A DNA stretch of 64,000 nt, taken from contig CAIPUN010000083.1 in assembly GCA_903868245.1 (NCBI GenBank), forward strand, positions 3,385 to 67,384, read 5' to 3'. The notes under the pieces are model-generated. The model saw nothing but the letters and a program-made list of their open reading frames with translations, made no database searches and was not told the origin of the DNA. A program made the translations under genes and the position numbers. Origin of the DNA: an uncultured Sphingomonadales bacterium (GTDB lineage Bacteria; Pseudomonadota; Alphaproteobacteria; Sphingomonadales; Sphingomonadaceae). Shown in pieces: positions 1-10,130 of the stretch (position 1 is the first letter of the stretch; each line of letters starts with the position of its first letter).

Positions 1-445
1 CATAAGTTGCGCTGCGTTCGGCAGGGTTTGACCCTGGCATGGCACCATCCCAGATGGTGCGGCCTTCAACCATGTCCATGATGTAAAACATCGAACCGAT
101 GACGCTGTCGTCGGTGCACAAGCCAAATGGTTTGGCGACCGGGAAACCAGTCGGATACAGGCCAGCAATCACCTTATATTCGCGGTCAACCGCGTGCGCG
201 CTGGGGAGTAAGACGCCAAAGGGTTTTCGCCGCAGGACGTAGGAACCGCTTTTCGCGTTCAAGCGGTAGGTCGGGTTTGACTGCCCACCAGCAAATTTCA
301 GAACCTCGACCGGGCCTACAAAGCCTTCAACATTTTCGGCCATCCATTGCGCGAGCTTATCGGCATCCAATATGTCCGCACCGCTTGGCGCAACGGTGCC
401 GGTAAAGGCTGTCTGCGCGTCAATCGGGGTTTGCGGCTTGCTCAT
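1..445 (-). CDS. Phosphotransferase (APH/ACAD10 kinase-like) family protein; 3' part lies outside the window
   Basis: Manual translation from ATG at 445: MSKPQTP...FAGGQSNPTY...YVLRRKP...LLPSAHAVDREY...FYIMDMVEG, typical of APH-like/ACAD10 kinase domains. ATGA overlap with the upstream ADH stop. Confidence 0.88.
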   Translation of the reverse strand, partial: MSKPQTPIDAQTAFTGTVAPSGADILDADKLAQWMAENVEGFVGPVEVLKFAGGQSNPTYRLNAKSGSYVLRRKPFGVLLPSAHAVDREYKVIAGLYPTGFPVAKPFGLCTDDSVIGSMFYIMDMVEGRTIWDGAMPGSNPAERSATY

Positions 446-1530
446 TGGTCAAAAACGATGACCGACCGCGCCGAATCGCCGCGTTTCATTTGGTCAAAGC
501 CCTCGTTGATCCGCTCCAGCGGAATGGTCTCCGAAATGATGGTGTCGAGGTCCAAAAGGCCGCGCATGTAAAAATCGACCAGACGCGGAATATCAACAGG
601 GAAGCGGTTGCCGCCCATGATCGCGCCTTGCAATTTCTTGCCGGACAAAAGGTCCATCGCTGACAGGCCAACCGAATGTTGCAACGGCATCATACCCAAG
701 ATGGTGGCCGTTCCGCCGCGCTTCAGCGATTTGACTGCGAGTGTGCCCGACGCCGGACGTCCCACAGCTTCAATCGCGTGATCAACGCCGCCTTTGGTCA
801 ATTCTTGAATTTGCGCAGCGGCATCATCGGCCAAAGCGTCGACGACATCGGTCGCACCCAGCTTCATCGCCAACGCGCGTTTTTCAGGCAATGGGTCAGC
901 AGCAATGATACGACCAGCGCCAGCAATCTTCGCCGCGTTAATGGTCGCAAGACCAACGCCGCCACAGCCTATAACCGCCACAGTTTCACCGGGCGTTACT
1001 TTGCATGCGTTGAAAATGGTGCCGGCACCCGTGGTCACGGCGCAGCCGATAACGGACGCTTGTGGCAACGGCATATCCGGATGGATGGCTACGCATGCAT
1101 GTTCGTGCACCAGCATCATTTCGGCATAAGCTGACAGGTTGAGCATCTGATTGACAGTGCTGCCATCAGGCCGCGTCAGGCGTGGTGCCTCACCCGCCTT
1201 GCGCCGCGTGTCGCCGCCAAGGCACAGGGACATACGCCCCGTAACGCAATATTCACAATGGCCACAAAAGGCGCTGAGACAGGTGACAACGGCGTCGCCT
1301 ACTTTGACTGTGCGCACTTCGCTACCCACGGCCTCAACAATGCCCGCCGCCTCATGCCCGGGGATCGCGGGGAGGGGATGCGGATATGTACCTTCGATGA
1401 AATGCAGGTCGCTATGGCAAAGCCCGCAGGCCGCGGTGCGGATGAGCACCTCATGCGGCCCTGGATTGGCAATGTTCACTTGCTCGATTTGAAGCGGCTT
1501 GCCCGCCTCAATCAGGACGGCAGCCTTCAC
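442..1530 (-). CDS. Zn-dependent alcohol dehydrogenase (class III-like)
   Basis: CHSD, GHEAAG, structural CxxCxxCx7C and GCGGVG motifs. GTG start at 1530 overlaps the upstream TGA; RBS GGGAG. Confidence 0.92.
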   Translation of the reverse strand: MKAAVLIEAGKPLQIEQVNIANPGPHEVLIRTAACGLCHSDLHFIEGTYPHPLPAIPGHEAAGIVEAVGSEVRTVKVGDAVVTCLSAFCGHCEYCVTGRMSLCLGGDTRRKAGEAPRLTRPDGSTVNQMLNLSAYAEMMLVHEHACVAIHPDMPLPQASVIGCAVTTGAGTIFNACKVTPGETVAVIGCGGVGLATINAAKIAGAGRIIAADPLPEKRALAMKLGATDVVDALADDAAAQIQELTKGGVDHAIEAVGRPASGTLAVKSLKRGGTATILGMMPLQHSVGLSAMDLLSGKKLQGAIMGGNRFPVDIPRLVDFYMRGLLDLDTIISETIPLERINEGFDQMKRGDSARSVIVFDQ

Positions 1531-2810
1531 CGTGTTGCTCCCATATCGCCGCTGGATAGGCCGTCTTTGCCACGGCCGCCATGCTTGCCCAATTCCATAC
1601 GCGCGATGGCGCGGGCATGCACTTCGTCGGGACCATCGGCCAGACGCAAGGTGCGCTGATGTGCCCAAGCGGATGCGAGACCGAAATCGTCGGACACACC
1701 GCCGCCGCCATGCGCTTGGATGGCATTGTCGATGATGCTCAAGGCCATATTGGGTGCCTGCACCTTAATCATCGCGATTTCAGCGGCAGCCGCCTTGTTA
1801 CCGACCTTGTCCATCATATCCGCTGCCTTCAGGCAGAGTAGACGCGTCATTTCAATGTCGATACGGGCACGGGCAATACGCTCTTCCCATACGCTATGCT
1901 CGGCAACGGTCTTGCCAAAGGCGACGCGCGATTGCAGGCGCTTGCACATTTTCTCTAGCGCTTCTTCGGCGGTACCAATGGTGCGCATGCAATGGTGGAT
2001 ACGGCCAGGTCCAAGGCGCCCTTGCGCGATTTCGAACCCACGACCTTCGCCGAGCAACATATTCGATGCCGGAATGCGGACATCCTTCAATTCGATTTCC
2101 ATATGGCCATGCGGCGCATCGTCATATCCGAACACGGGAAGGTGACGCAGGATTTTAACGCCCGGCGAGTCGAGCTCCATCAGCACCATCGATTGCTGCG
2201 CGTGACGTTTGGCTTCGAAATCGGTCTTGCCCATGACAATCGCGATTTTGCAGCGCGGGTCACCTGCACCGGATGACCACCATTTCACACCATTGAGGAC
2301 ATATTCGTCGCCTTCACGGCGGATCGAGGTTTCGATGTTGGTAGCATCTGAAGACGCAACGGCTGGTTCCGTCATCAAAAACGCCGAACGGATTTCACCG
2401 TTCATCAAGGGGATCATCCATTTTTCTTTTTGCTCCGCCGTGCCGTAGCGCAGGAACACTTCCATATTGCCCGTGTCTGGTGCCGAACAGTTATAGACTT
2501 CGGAAGCAAAACCGATGCGGCCCATTTCTTCGGCGCACAGGGCATATTCCATGTTGCTAAGGCCGGGGCCATCGAACGATACGCTGTCATCGACATGTAC
2601 GCGGCCAGAGGTTGGCGGCATGAACAGGTTCCAAAGACCTGCGGCCTTGGCGCGCGCCTTTTCTTCTTCAACGACTTGCAGCACTTTCCAACGGTCGCCA
2701 ACGGCCTGCTCGGCATAATAATCGGCAACGCGTGGACGCAAAAAGCGTTCATTATGGTCGCGGATACGGTCCCGCCAATATGTTTGCTTATCGTTGAGAT
2801 CGAAATCCAT
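1527..2810 (-). CDS. Acyl-CoA dehydrogenase (ACAD10/11- or LvaC-like)
   Basis: [41 protein letters not shown] and LADGPDEVH motifs. Confidence 0.93.
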   Translation of the reverse strand: MDFDLNDKQTYWRDRIRDHNERFLRPRVADYYAEQAVGDRWKVLQVVEEEKARAKAAGLWNLFMPPTSGRVHVDDSVSFDGPGLSNMEYALCAEEMGRIGFASEVYNCSAPDTGNMEVFLRYGTAEQKEKWMIPLMNGEIRSAFLMTEPAVASSDATNIETSIRREGDEYVLNGVKWWSSGAGDPRCKIAIVMGKTDFEAKRHAQQSMVLMELDSPGVKILRHLPVFGYDDAPHGHMEIELKDVRIPASNMLLGEGRGFEIAQGRLGPGRIHHCMRTIGTAEEALEKMCKRLQSRVAFGKTVAEHSVWEERIARARIDIEMTRLLCLKAADMMDKVGNKAAAAEIAMIKVQAPNMALSIIDNAIQAHGGGGVSDDFGLASAWAHQRTLRLADGPDEVHARAIARMELGKHGGRGKDGLSSGDMGATR

Positions 2811-2842
2811 GGCTCATTCCTCTTTCAAATTTAATTGATTGG

Positions 2843-4258
2843 TTAACTGGCAGACTCTGCCGTCGTGTTCAAGGCGCGCAAGCGTTCATTATGACTTTCA
2901 CGCGAAATCGGGAAATGGCGCAGGATCAATATGCCGATAAAACCGACGACCAAGACCGTGCACATATAATATAATGCCAGCCCATCGAGTACGGCGACAT
3001 CCACTTCGCCCGGCTTCGCATCTTGCGGAAAACTGGCAAAGCTTAGGATCATTCCAGCGGCAAAGGTACCGATGCCAACGGCGCATTTTTGCATGAAGAA
3101 ATAGCCCGCGAAAAACAGCCCTTCGGAACGCCGGCCCGTTTCTTGCTGCGATGCTTCCACCACATCCGCCATCATTGAGGATGTAAGCATCATCATACTC
3201 ACAGCCGCGCTATTGGCGATGGTCATTAACGCAAACATGAACAGTATTGAGGGATTAGACGGTGCACCGGGCACAAGGTCGAGCAGCCAGCTTCCGTATA
3301 ACGCCGCCGTGAAGGTCAGTGAGATAACTGCGAACAGGATTGCAGCGCGTTTCTTGCCCAATCGCGCGGAGACGGGCGGAACAATGACGAAGGCGATGAT
3401 GACCGTCGAAAATAGGGTTAGCGCATAATAGAGCATTTCGATCTGTTGCAGCTGCCATAGAAAAGCGAGCTGGTAATTGGTGAGCGCAAAGGTCATCCCT
3501 TGGTTGATAAGCCCAAACAAAGCTGCCGAGACGAGCCACAGAAAGGCGCGGTTGGATAATGTCGCCTTCACTTCGGCAAAAGCATGGCCAAGGCCAGCAC
3601 CGCGCGGGGCAGGGGGCGAAGGCTTTGCGATGTGCCGATGTTGCCCAAGCGCGGAGATAAGCACCGCGCCGCTCATCATAAGCGCGCCCCACACCGAATA
3701 GGCATCATATCCCACAGGGTCACTCACGCCCTTTTCGCCCGTGAAGAAAATGCCATAGGCAAAGATCAGCATGAGCAATCCACCCGCCCAGCCAAACAGG
3801 AAACGGTACCGCATCAAACGCGTGCGCTCATCATAATCGCCGGTCAGTTCAGGCACGAGCGCGATGGACGGCACTTCGCACATCGCCACCAAGGTGCGCG
3901 CCAAGACCGCGGTGCAGAAAAGCCAGATGATTGTGCCTGTTTGCCCCATTGCGGGCGGATGCCACAACAGCAGCCAGATAATGCCAAGCGGAATGGCGGC
4001 GGCATATAGCCATGGCAGGCGCCTGCCCCATTTGCTTTGCGTGCGGTCGGACAATTCGCCAATGATCGGGTCGACAAAGGCATCAAAAATCAGCGCAGCC
4101 ATGATGACGGTGCCAACGATGCCTGCATCAATCCCAAGCACCTGATTATAAAAAATCAGCAGGAAAACCGAAAAGCCATTGTCCTTTACGCCATAAGCAA
4201 CGGAGCCAAGGCCATGCATGACTTTTAAGGATCGGGGAAGGGCGACAGCAGCGACCAT
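2843..4258 (-). CDS. MFS transporter, GPH (glycoside-pentoside-hexuronide) type
   Basis: About 12 hydrophobic segments; DPIIGELSDRTQSKWGRR and ELTGDYDERT motifs. Confidence 0.88.
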   Translation of the reverse strand: MVAAVALPRSLKVMHGLGSVAYGVKDNGFSVFLLIFYNQVLGIDAGIVGTVIMAALIFDAFVDPIIGELSDRTQSKWGRRLPWLYAAAIPLGIIWLLLWHPPAMGQTGTIIWLFCTAVLARTLVAMCEVPSIALVPELTGDYDERTRLMRYRFLFGWAGGLLMLIFAYGIFFTGEKGVSDPVGYDAYSVWGALMMSGAVLISALGQHRHIAKPSPPAPRGAGLGHAFAEVKATLSNRAFLWLVSAALFGLINQGMTFALTNYQLAFLWQLQQIEMLYYALTLFSTVIIAFVIVPPVSARLGKKRAAILFAVISLTFTAALYGSWLLDLVPGAPSNPSILFMFALMTIANSAAVSMMMLTSSMMADVVEASQQETGRRSEGLFFAGYFFMQKCAVGIGTFAAGMILSFASFPQDAKPGEVDVAVLDGLALYYMCTVLVVGFIGILILRHFPISRESHNERLRALNTTAESAS

Positions 4259-4469
4259 ATTGGCTTAAATCACAAAACGCGAAAAGGCGTGTTTTACGGC
4301 GAATCGCACGATGTTTCTCTCCTGTATCCTGCGCTTATGCTAGGCGCGCAGCCCAGCCTGTCAATCGAGATGCAAATGACGTTACGGCATGCATTGCTCA
4401 CCGATAAAGACTTGCGTTTCGGCGCGTGACCGCCCAAAAATTCATCAAGCAATTAAACAGGAGAGCGTC

Positions 4470-5630
4470 ATGTCTGAGCTTGAAACATTCCGCGCCGAGG
4501 CGCGCGCCTGGCTGGAGGAAAACTGCCCCGCCGAAATGCGCACACCGGCCAAAGGTGACGAAGACGTCTGCTGGGGCGGACGCAATTTTGTGTTTCAATC
4601 CGAAGCGCAAAAACTGTGGCTCGAACGCTGCGTGGCGAAGGGCTACACGGTACCCGATTGGCCCAAGGCTTATGGCGGTGCTGGCCTTTCCCCGCAGGAA
4701 ACCAAAGTCCTGCGTCAGGAAATGGCGAAGCTCGGTTGTCGCTCGCCGCTGAACAGCTTTGGCATCTGGATGCTTGGCCCGGCGTTACTGAAATTCGGCA
4801 CGGAAGAACAAAAAGTGCATTATATGGGCCAGATCGCCCGCGGCGAAATCCGCTGGTGTCAGGGCTATTCCGAACCGGGCTCGGGCAGCGACCTTGTGTC
4901 GATGCAAACCTTTGGCGAGGATAAGGGCGACCATTGGGTCGTCAATGGTCAGAAAATTTGGACTTCTTATGCCGACAAGGCGGACTGGATTTTCTGCTTG
5001 GTCCGCACGGACAAGACGAACAAATATCAGGGAATCAGCTTCTTGTTATTCGACATGGAGACGCCCGGCGTTTCGACCAAGCCTATCAAGCTGATCTCCG
5101 GCAATTCGCCCTTCTGCGAAACCTTCTTCGACAATGTTGTTGTACCCAAGAATCAGATAGTTGGCGAAATCAATCGCGGCTGGGATGTGGCGAAATATTT
5201 GCTGGGCCATGAACGCGAGATGATCTCCGGCATGGGCGGTGATGGCGGCGTGACCTCGATCGGTGCGGCGATGAAGGCGACCTTGTCACAAGAGCCTGTG
5301 CTTCGCGCGCAAATGGCGTTGTTCGATGTCGACAACCTCACCTTCCGTGCGCATGGCGAGCGGTTCATGGACGAATGGAAAACCGGTAAGGCGCATCCTG
5401 CGTATTCCAACCTGATGAAATATGTCGGGACCGAGCTGAATAAAAAGCGCAACGAACTGGTGATGTCGATCGGCGGAACGCAGGCGCTGGAATGGGAAAG
5501 TGAACGTTCCAACGGCGGGTCAAAGGCACGCAATTGGTTGCGGACCAAAGCGAACTCGATTGAAGGCGGTACCAGCGAAGTGATGCTGAACGTTGTATCC
5601 AAACGCATCCTCGAAATGCCGGGAGCTTAA
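4470..5630 (+). CDS. Acyl-CoA dehydrogenase (first subunit of a probable two-subunit ACAD)
   Basis: WCQGYSEPGSGSDL, NGQKIWTS, SIEGGTSEV. RBS CAGGAGAG before ATG 4470. Confidence 0.92.
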   Translation: MSELETFRAEARAWLEENCPAEMRTPAKGDEDVCWGGRNFVFQSEAQKLWLERCVAKGYTVPDWPKAYGGAGLSPQETKVLRQEMAKLGCRSPLNSFGIWMLGPALLKFGTEEQKVHYMGQIARGEIRWCQGYSEPGSGSDLVSMQTFGEDKGDHWVVNGQKIWTSYADKADWIFCLVRTDKTNKYQGISFLLFDMETPGVSTKPIKLISGNSPFCETFFDNVVVPKNQIVGEINRGWDVAKYLLGHEREMISGMGGDGGVTSIGAAMKATLSQEPVLRAQMALFDVDNLTFRAHGERFMDEWKTGKAHPAYSNLMKYVGTELNKKRNELVMSIGGTQALEWESERSNGGSKARNWLRTKANSIEGGTSEVMLNVVSKRILEMPGA

Positions 5631-5634
5631 GACC

Positions 5635-6771
5635 ATGGCAATGACTTTAACCGATGACCAGAATATGCTGCGCGACACCGCGCGGGATTTTATGGCGAGC
5701 GAAGCGCCCGTCACCCATTTCCGCAAGTTCCGCGACATGGGGTGCAAAGACGGTTTCAGCCATGGCTTGTGGAAGCAATTCGCTGAAATAGGCTTTACCG
5801 GCATCCTCATTCCCGAGGCCGATGGCGGCATGGGCATGGGCCAGATTGAGGCTGGAATTGTGCTGGAAGAAATTGGCCGCAACTTGTCACCATCGCCTTT
5901 CCTGACCACGTCGGTGGCGGCGGTTGAGGCGTTGAAGCTGGCGGACAAAGCCATGCGTGATCGTTGGTTCCCCGGCATTTTGGCGGGCGAAACGGTAATC
6001 GGCATCGCGATTGAAGAGGGTGTGAAGCACCGGCCCGAAAAAATTGCCTGCGTTGCCGAACGCAGTGGCAATGGCTTTAAACTGACAGGTCAAAAGCAAT
6101 TTGTCGTGCAAGGCGCGTCGTCGGACATGCTGATCGTCGCGGCGCGCACCGCTGGCGCGGCAGGCGAAACCGATGGCCTGACCTTGTTCGCGGTGGACAA
6201 AGACGCGGCTGGTCTTTCGATGGAGGCAGCACGGCTTGTCGATTCCGCTGTTTCCGCGCATGTGAAGCTGGACGGTGTTCAGGTGAATGCCGACGCTGTC
6301 ATCGGTGAGGTTGATGGCGGTTGGGCGGTGCTGTCCAAGATGCTCGACGCCGGACGGGTGGGCGCTGCTGCCGAAATGGTGGGCGTTGGCACAGGCGCGA
6401 TGGACATGACCTTTGAATATCTTAAGACGCGCAAGCAATTTGACCGAGTCATTGGCGAATTTCAGGCGCTTCAACACCGCGCCGCGCATCTGTACGGCGA
6501 AATGGAAGGCGCGCGTTCGATTGTGCTGAAGGCGCAATCCCTAATGGACGAAGGCCATGCCAAGGCTGAACTTTATGTCGCGGCGGCCAAGGCGAAGGCT
6601 GGGCTTGCCTGCAATCTTTCGGTGCGCGAAGGCGTACAAATGCATGGCGGTATCGGCATGACCGATGAATATGACATCGGCCTGTATATGAAACGCGACC
6701 GCAGCTTGAACGAATTTTTCGGCGACGCTTATTACCACGCAGACCGCGTGGCGACGATGAACGGTTATTAA
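5635..6771 (+). CDS. Acyl-CoA dehydrogenase (second subunit type)
   Basis: RKQFDRVIGEFQALQHR and QMHGGIGMTDEY; 4 nt after the previous stop. Confidence 0.9.
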   Translation: MAMTLTDDQNMLRDTARDFMASEAPVTHFRKFRDMGCKDGFSHGLWKQFAEIGFTGILIPEADGGMGMGQIEAGIVLEEIGRNLSPSPFLTTSVAAVEALKLADKAMRDRWFPGILAGETVIGIAIEEGVKHRPEKIACVAERSGNGFKLTGQKQFVVQGASSDMLIVAARTAGAAGETDGLTLFAVDKDAAGLSMEAARLVDSAVSAHVKLDGVQVNADAVIGEVDGGWAVLSKMLDAGRVGAAAEMVGVGTGAMDMTFEYLKTRKQFDRVIGEFQALQHRAAHLYGEMEGARSIVLKAQSLMDEGHAKAELYVAAAKAKAGLACNLSVREGVQMHGGIGMTDEYDIGLYMKRDRSLNEFFGDAYYHADRVATMNGY

Positions 6772-6784
6772 AAGGAAACCGCAG

Positions 6785-7579
6785 ATGGATATTCAAACCT
6801 TATTCAACCTCAATGGCCGCGTGGCGTTAGTCACCGGCGGATCGCGCGGTATCGGCAAAATGATCGTCGAAGGCTATCTTAAGGCGGGTGCAGCACGCGT
6901 GTATATCAGCGCGCGCAAGGTCGACCAGATTGAGGAAACTGTTGCGGAATTCGGCAATCAGGTCATCGGCTTGCCGTGCGACCTTTCGACTGTGGACGGT
7001 TGCCTGTCACTTGCCGAACAAATTGCGGCGCGTGAAGAAAAGGTCGATATTCTGGTGAACAATGCGGGCGCGGCATGGGGCGCCGATTTCGGGCAGTTCC
7101 CTGAAGCGGGATGGGACCGCGTGATGGACCTAAACGTCAAGTCCTTGTTTTTCTTGACGCAAGCTTTGCACCCGCAGTTGAAGGCAGCGGCCAGTTTTGA
7201 CCGCCCCGGTAAGGTCATAAACATCGCGTCGATTGACGGCCTGCGTATCAACCCGTGGCAAACTTATAGCTATCAGGCGTCGAAAGCCGCCGTCATCCAT
7301 TTGACGCGTCGCTTGGCGGCTGAACTCGTTAAGGACAATATCCTTGTTTCGGGTATTGCACCGGGCGCATTCCAGTCGGACATGAATAAGGCTGCGCGCG
7401 ACCATGCCGATGCCGTGGGCAAAAATATTCCATTCCCGCGTATCGGAACGCCGGAGGATATGGCGGGCCTTGCGATCTTCCTTGCCGCGCGTGCTGGCGA
7501 TTATATCGTGGGCGAAACCATCGCTTGCGATGGCGGTATCGTCAATGCGTCGCTGCCGGGCAATGGAATCGCGCCTTAA
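6785..7579 (+). CDS. SDR family oxidoreductase
   Basis: TGGSRGIG, NNAG and YQASK motifs; RBS AAGGA. Confidence 0.93.
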   Translation: MDIQTLFNLNGRVALVTGGSRGIGKMIVEGYLKAGAARVYISARKVDQIEETVAEFGNQVIGLPCDLSTVDGCLSLAEQIAAREEKVDILVNNAGAAWGADFGQFPEAGWDRVMDLNVKSLFFLTQALHPQLKAAASFDRPGKVINIASIDGLRINPWQTYSYQASKAAVIHLTRRLAAELVKDNILVSGIAPGAFQSDMNKAARDHADAVGKNIPFPRIGTPEDMAGLAIFLAARAGDYIVGETIACDGGIVNASLPGNGIAP

Positions 7580-7627
7580 TTGCTAATTTTGCTATCATTT
7601 TGGGAGCGCCATTAACGCGTTTCCAAC

Positions 7628-7672
7628 AAGAATGGGGCCAGTTGCAAAACATGCAACCGGCCCCATTCTTTT
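7628..7672 (+). terminator. Probable intrinsic terminator of the ACAD-ACAD-SDR operon
   Basis: AAGAATGGGGCC-A-GTTGCA-AAACA-TGCAAC-C-GGCCCCATTCTT followed by TT. Confidence 0.7.
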
Positions 7673-7721
7673 CGCAATTGCAGCAATTTCATCTTATCCC
7701 TATTTGTTTCTTAACGACATT

Positions 7722-7806
7722 GGCCGGGCGGCTCTCTCCTCCTCTCTCCCCCGCCCCCGGACAATTTTTACGGCCTCCATGCACTGCGTGGGGGCCGTAT
7801 CGTTTT
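7722..7806 (+). ncRNA. Candidate anti-SD (CU-loop) small RNA
   Basis: GC stem with a 19-nt pure C/U loop (CTCTCTCCTCCTCTCTCCC), then a 14-bp terminator-like hairpin with G-U pairs, followed by TCGTTTT. Confidence 0.55.
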
Positions 7807-7888
7807 GGGTGCATGGGATTGGCCAATTTGCGCTTAATCGCAACCAAACAGGCTAGATAAACACAAGCGGTCTCGCTAAGGCCATTGC

Positions 7889-10087
7889 ATGTCCGAAATC
7901 ACGCCCCAAATCGTCGCCGACCATGGTCTAAATGAAGAAGAATATGCGCGTATCTTGCACGCCATGGGGCGCGAACCCAATTTGGTCGAGCTTGGCATAT
8001 TCTCGGTAATGTGGTCGGAGCATTGCTCTTATAAATCCTCCCGTATCCATTTGAAAAAATTGCCGACTGAGGCCCCTTGGGTCATTTGCGGTCCCGGCGA
8101 AAATGCAGGCGTTATCGATATTGGCGATGGGCCAAATGGCACGAAGCTTGCCGCGATCTTCAAAATGGAATCGCATAATCACCCGTCATATATCGAACCC
8201 TATCAAGGCGCGGCGACGGGCGTAGGCGGTATACTGCGCGACGTGTTCACCATGGGCGCGCGGCCCGTGGCCAATATGAATGCGCTGCGTTTCGGGCGGC
8301 CCGACCATCCGAAGATGAAGCATCTGGTGCAGGGCGTAGTTGCCGGCATTGGCGGCTATGGCAATTGCGTCGGCGTACCGACCGTGGGTGGTGAAACCAA
8401 TTTTCATCCCGCTTATGATGGCAATATCCTTGTCAACGCGATGACCGTCGGCGTCGCCGACCAAGACAAGATTTTTTACTCGGCCGCGACGGGCCTTGGT
8501 AACCCCATCGTCTATGTCGGGTCAAAGACTGGCCGCGACGGCATCCACGGCGCCACGATGGCGTCGGCTGATTTCGGCGCGGATATTGAGGAGAAGCGTC
8601 CCACGGTTCAAGTGGGCGACCCCTTCACCGAAAAGCTTCTGATTGAAGCCTGCCTGGAACTGATGGCGTCGGATGCGATTGTCGCGATTCAGGATATGGG
8701 CGCCGCTGGTTTAACCAGCTCCAGCGTCGAAATGGCGACCAATGGCAAGGCGGGCATCATCCTCGACATGGACAAGGTGCCGTGCCGCGAAGAGGGCATG
8801 ACGCCCTATGAAATGATGCTGTCCGAAAGCCAGGAGCGCATGCTCATGGTGCTCAAGCCCGGCCGTGAGGAATTTGCCAAAGCCATTTTCGACAAATGGG
8901 AACTGGATTTCGCTGTCATTGGCGAAGTTACGGACACGGGCCATATGGTGCTGACATGGAAGGGCGAAATCGTTTGCGACATTCCGCTTGGCCCGCTTGC
9001 CGAAGACGCGCCTTTATACGACCGTCCCGCCGCGTCAAAGGAGGCGTATAAGGCATGGGCCAAGGTTCAGCCCTTAAGCGACATTCCCACCAGCCAAGAC
9101 CTTGGCGCAGACTTGCTTAAACTGATGGCTTGTCCCGATCTCGCCAGCCGCGCCTGGATCTGGCAGCAATATGATAGCCAAGTTGGCGGCGACACGGCGC
9201 AGCTTTCGGGCGGCGACGCCGCCGTGGTCCGCATCCACGGCACCAACCGCGCGCTGGCGATGAGCACCGATTGCACACCGCGTTATTGCTACGCCGACCC
9301 ATATGAAGGCGGCAAGCAGGCGGTGGCCGAAACCTATCGCAACATCAGCGCCGTTGGTGCAACGCCACTCGCGATCACGAACTGCCTCAATTTCGCCAAC
9401 CCGCAGCGCCCCGAAATCATGGCGCAGATAGTCGGCTGTCTGGAGGGCATGGGCGACGCCTGCCGCGCGCTTGATTACCCGATCGTGTCCGGCAATGTGT
9501 CGCTCTATAATGAAAGCAAGGCAACTGGCGGCGGCAGTGCAATTTTGCCAACGCCAGCGATTGGCGGCGTGGGCGTGCTGGAAGATGTCAGCAAAATGGC
9601 GACCATCGCGTTTAAGAACGAGGGCGACAGCATTTTCGTTATTGGCGATAGCCACGGGCATCTGGGCCAATCCTTATGGCTGCGCGAATTATATGGCCGC
9701 GAAGACGGCGCGCCGCCGCCTGTCGACCTTGCCAAGGAACGGGTCCATGCCGAATATGTGCGTCAGCTTATTCATGACGGCAAGGTGAACGCTGTGCATG
9801 ATGTTGCCGACGGCGGTTTGCTAGTCGCGTTGACCGAAATGGCGCTAGCCAGCGGTCGCGGCTGCGTACTTACGGACATAGGCGATGCCCTCACGGCCTT
9901 TGGTGAAGATCAGGCGCGTTTTGTTGTCACCAGCGCGCATGCCGACCACATTCAGGCGGCGGGTATTTCAGTCACGCAGATTGGCACGGTAAGTGGTAAT
10001 GCCGTTGTTGGCCCGGGCTTTTCCGTTGGTGTCGCAGACCTGCGTGCAGCGCATGAAAGCTTCTTCAAGGACTGGATGGAAGGCTAA
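7889..10087 (+). CDS. purL: Phosphoribosylformylglycinamidine synthase subunit PurL
   Basis: [47 protein letters not shown]. Confidence 0.98.
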   Translation: MSEITPQIVADHGLNEEEYARILHAMGREPNLVELGIFSVMWSEHCSYKSSRIHLKKLPTEAPWVICGPGENAGVIDIGDGPNGTKLAAIFKMESHNHPSYIEPYQGAATGVGGILRDVFTMGARPVANMNALRFGRPDHPKMKHLVQGVVAGIGGYGNCVGVPTVGGETNFHPAYDGNILVNAMTVGVADQDKIFYSAATGLGNPIVYVGSKTGRDGIHGATMASADFGADIEEKRPTVQVGDPFTEKLLIEACLELMASDAIVAIQDMGAAGLTSSSVEMATNGKAGIILDMDKVPCREEGMTPYEMMLSESQERMLMVLKPGREEFAKAIFDKWELDFAVIGEVTDTGHMVLTWKGEIVCDIPLGPLAEDAPLYDRPAASKEAYKAWAKVQPLSDIPTSQDLGADLLKLMACPDLASRAWIWQQYDSQVGGDTAQLSGGDAAVVRIHGTNRALAMSTDCTPRYCYADPYEGGKQAVAETYRNISAVGATPLAITNCLNFANPQRPEIMAQIVGCLEGMGDACRALDYPIVSGNVSLYNESKATGGGSAILPTPAIGGVGVLEDVSKMATIAFKNEGDSIFVIGDSHGHLGQSLWLRELYGREDGAPPPVDLAKERVHAEYVRQLIHDGKVNAVHDVADGGLLVALTEMALASGRGCVLTDIGDALTAFGEDQARFVVTSAHADHIQAAGISVTQIGTVSGNAVVGPGFSVGVADLRAAHESFFKDWMEG

Positions 10088-10090
10088 GCT

Positions 10091-10118
10091 AAGCCGACGC
10101 CGCAGGCGGCGAAGGCTT
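10091..10118. terminator. Hairpin between convergent purL and the coq4-like gene
   Basis: AAGCC-GA-CGCCG-CAGG-CGGCG-AA-GGCTT. Confidence 0.45.
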
Positions 10119-10130
10119 TAAATCTTGTAT

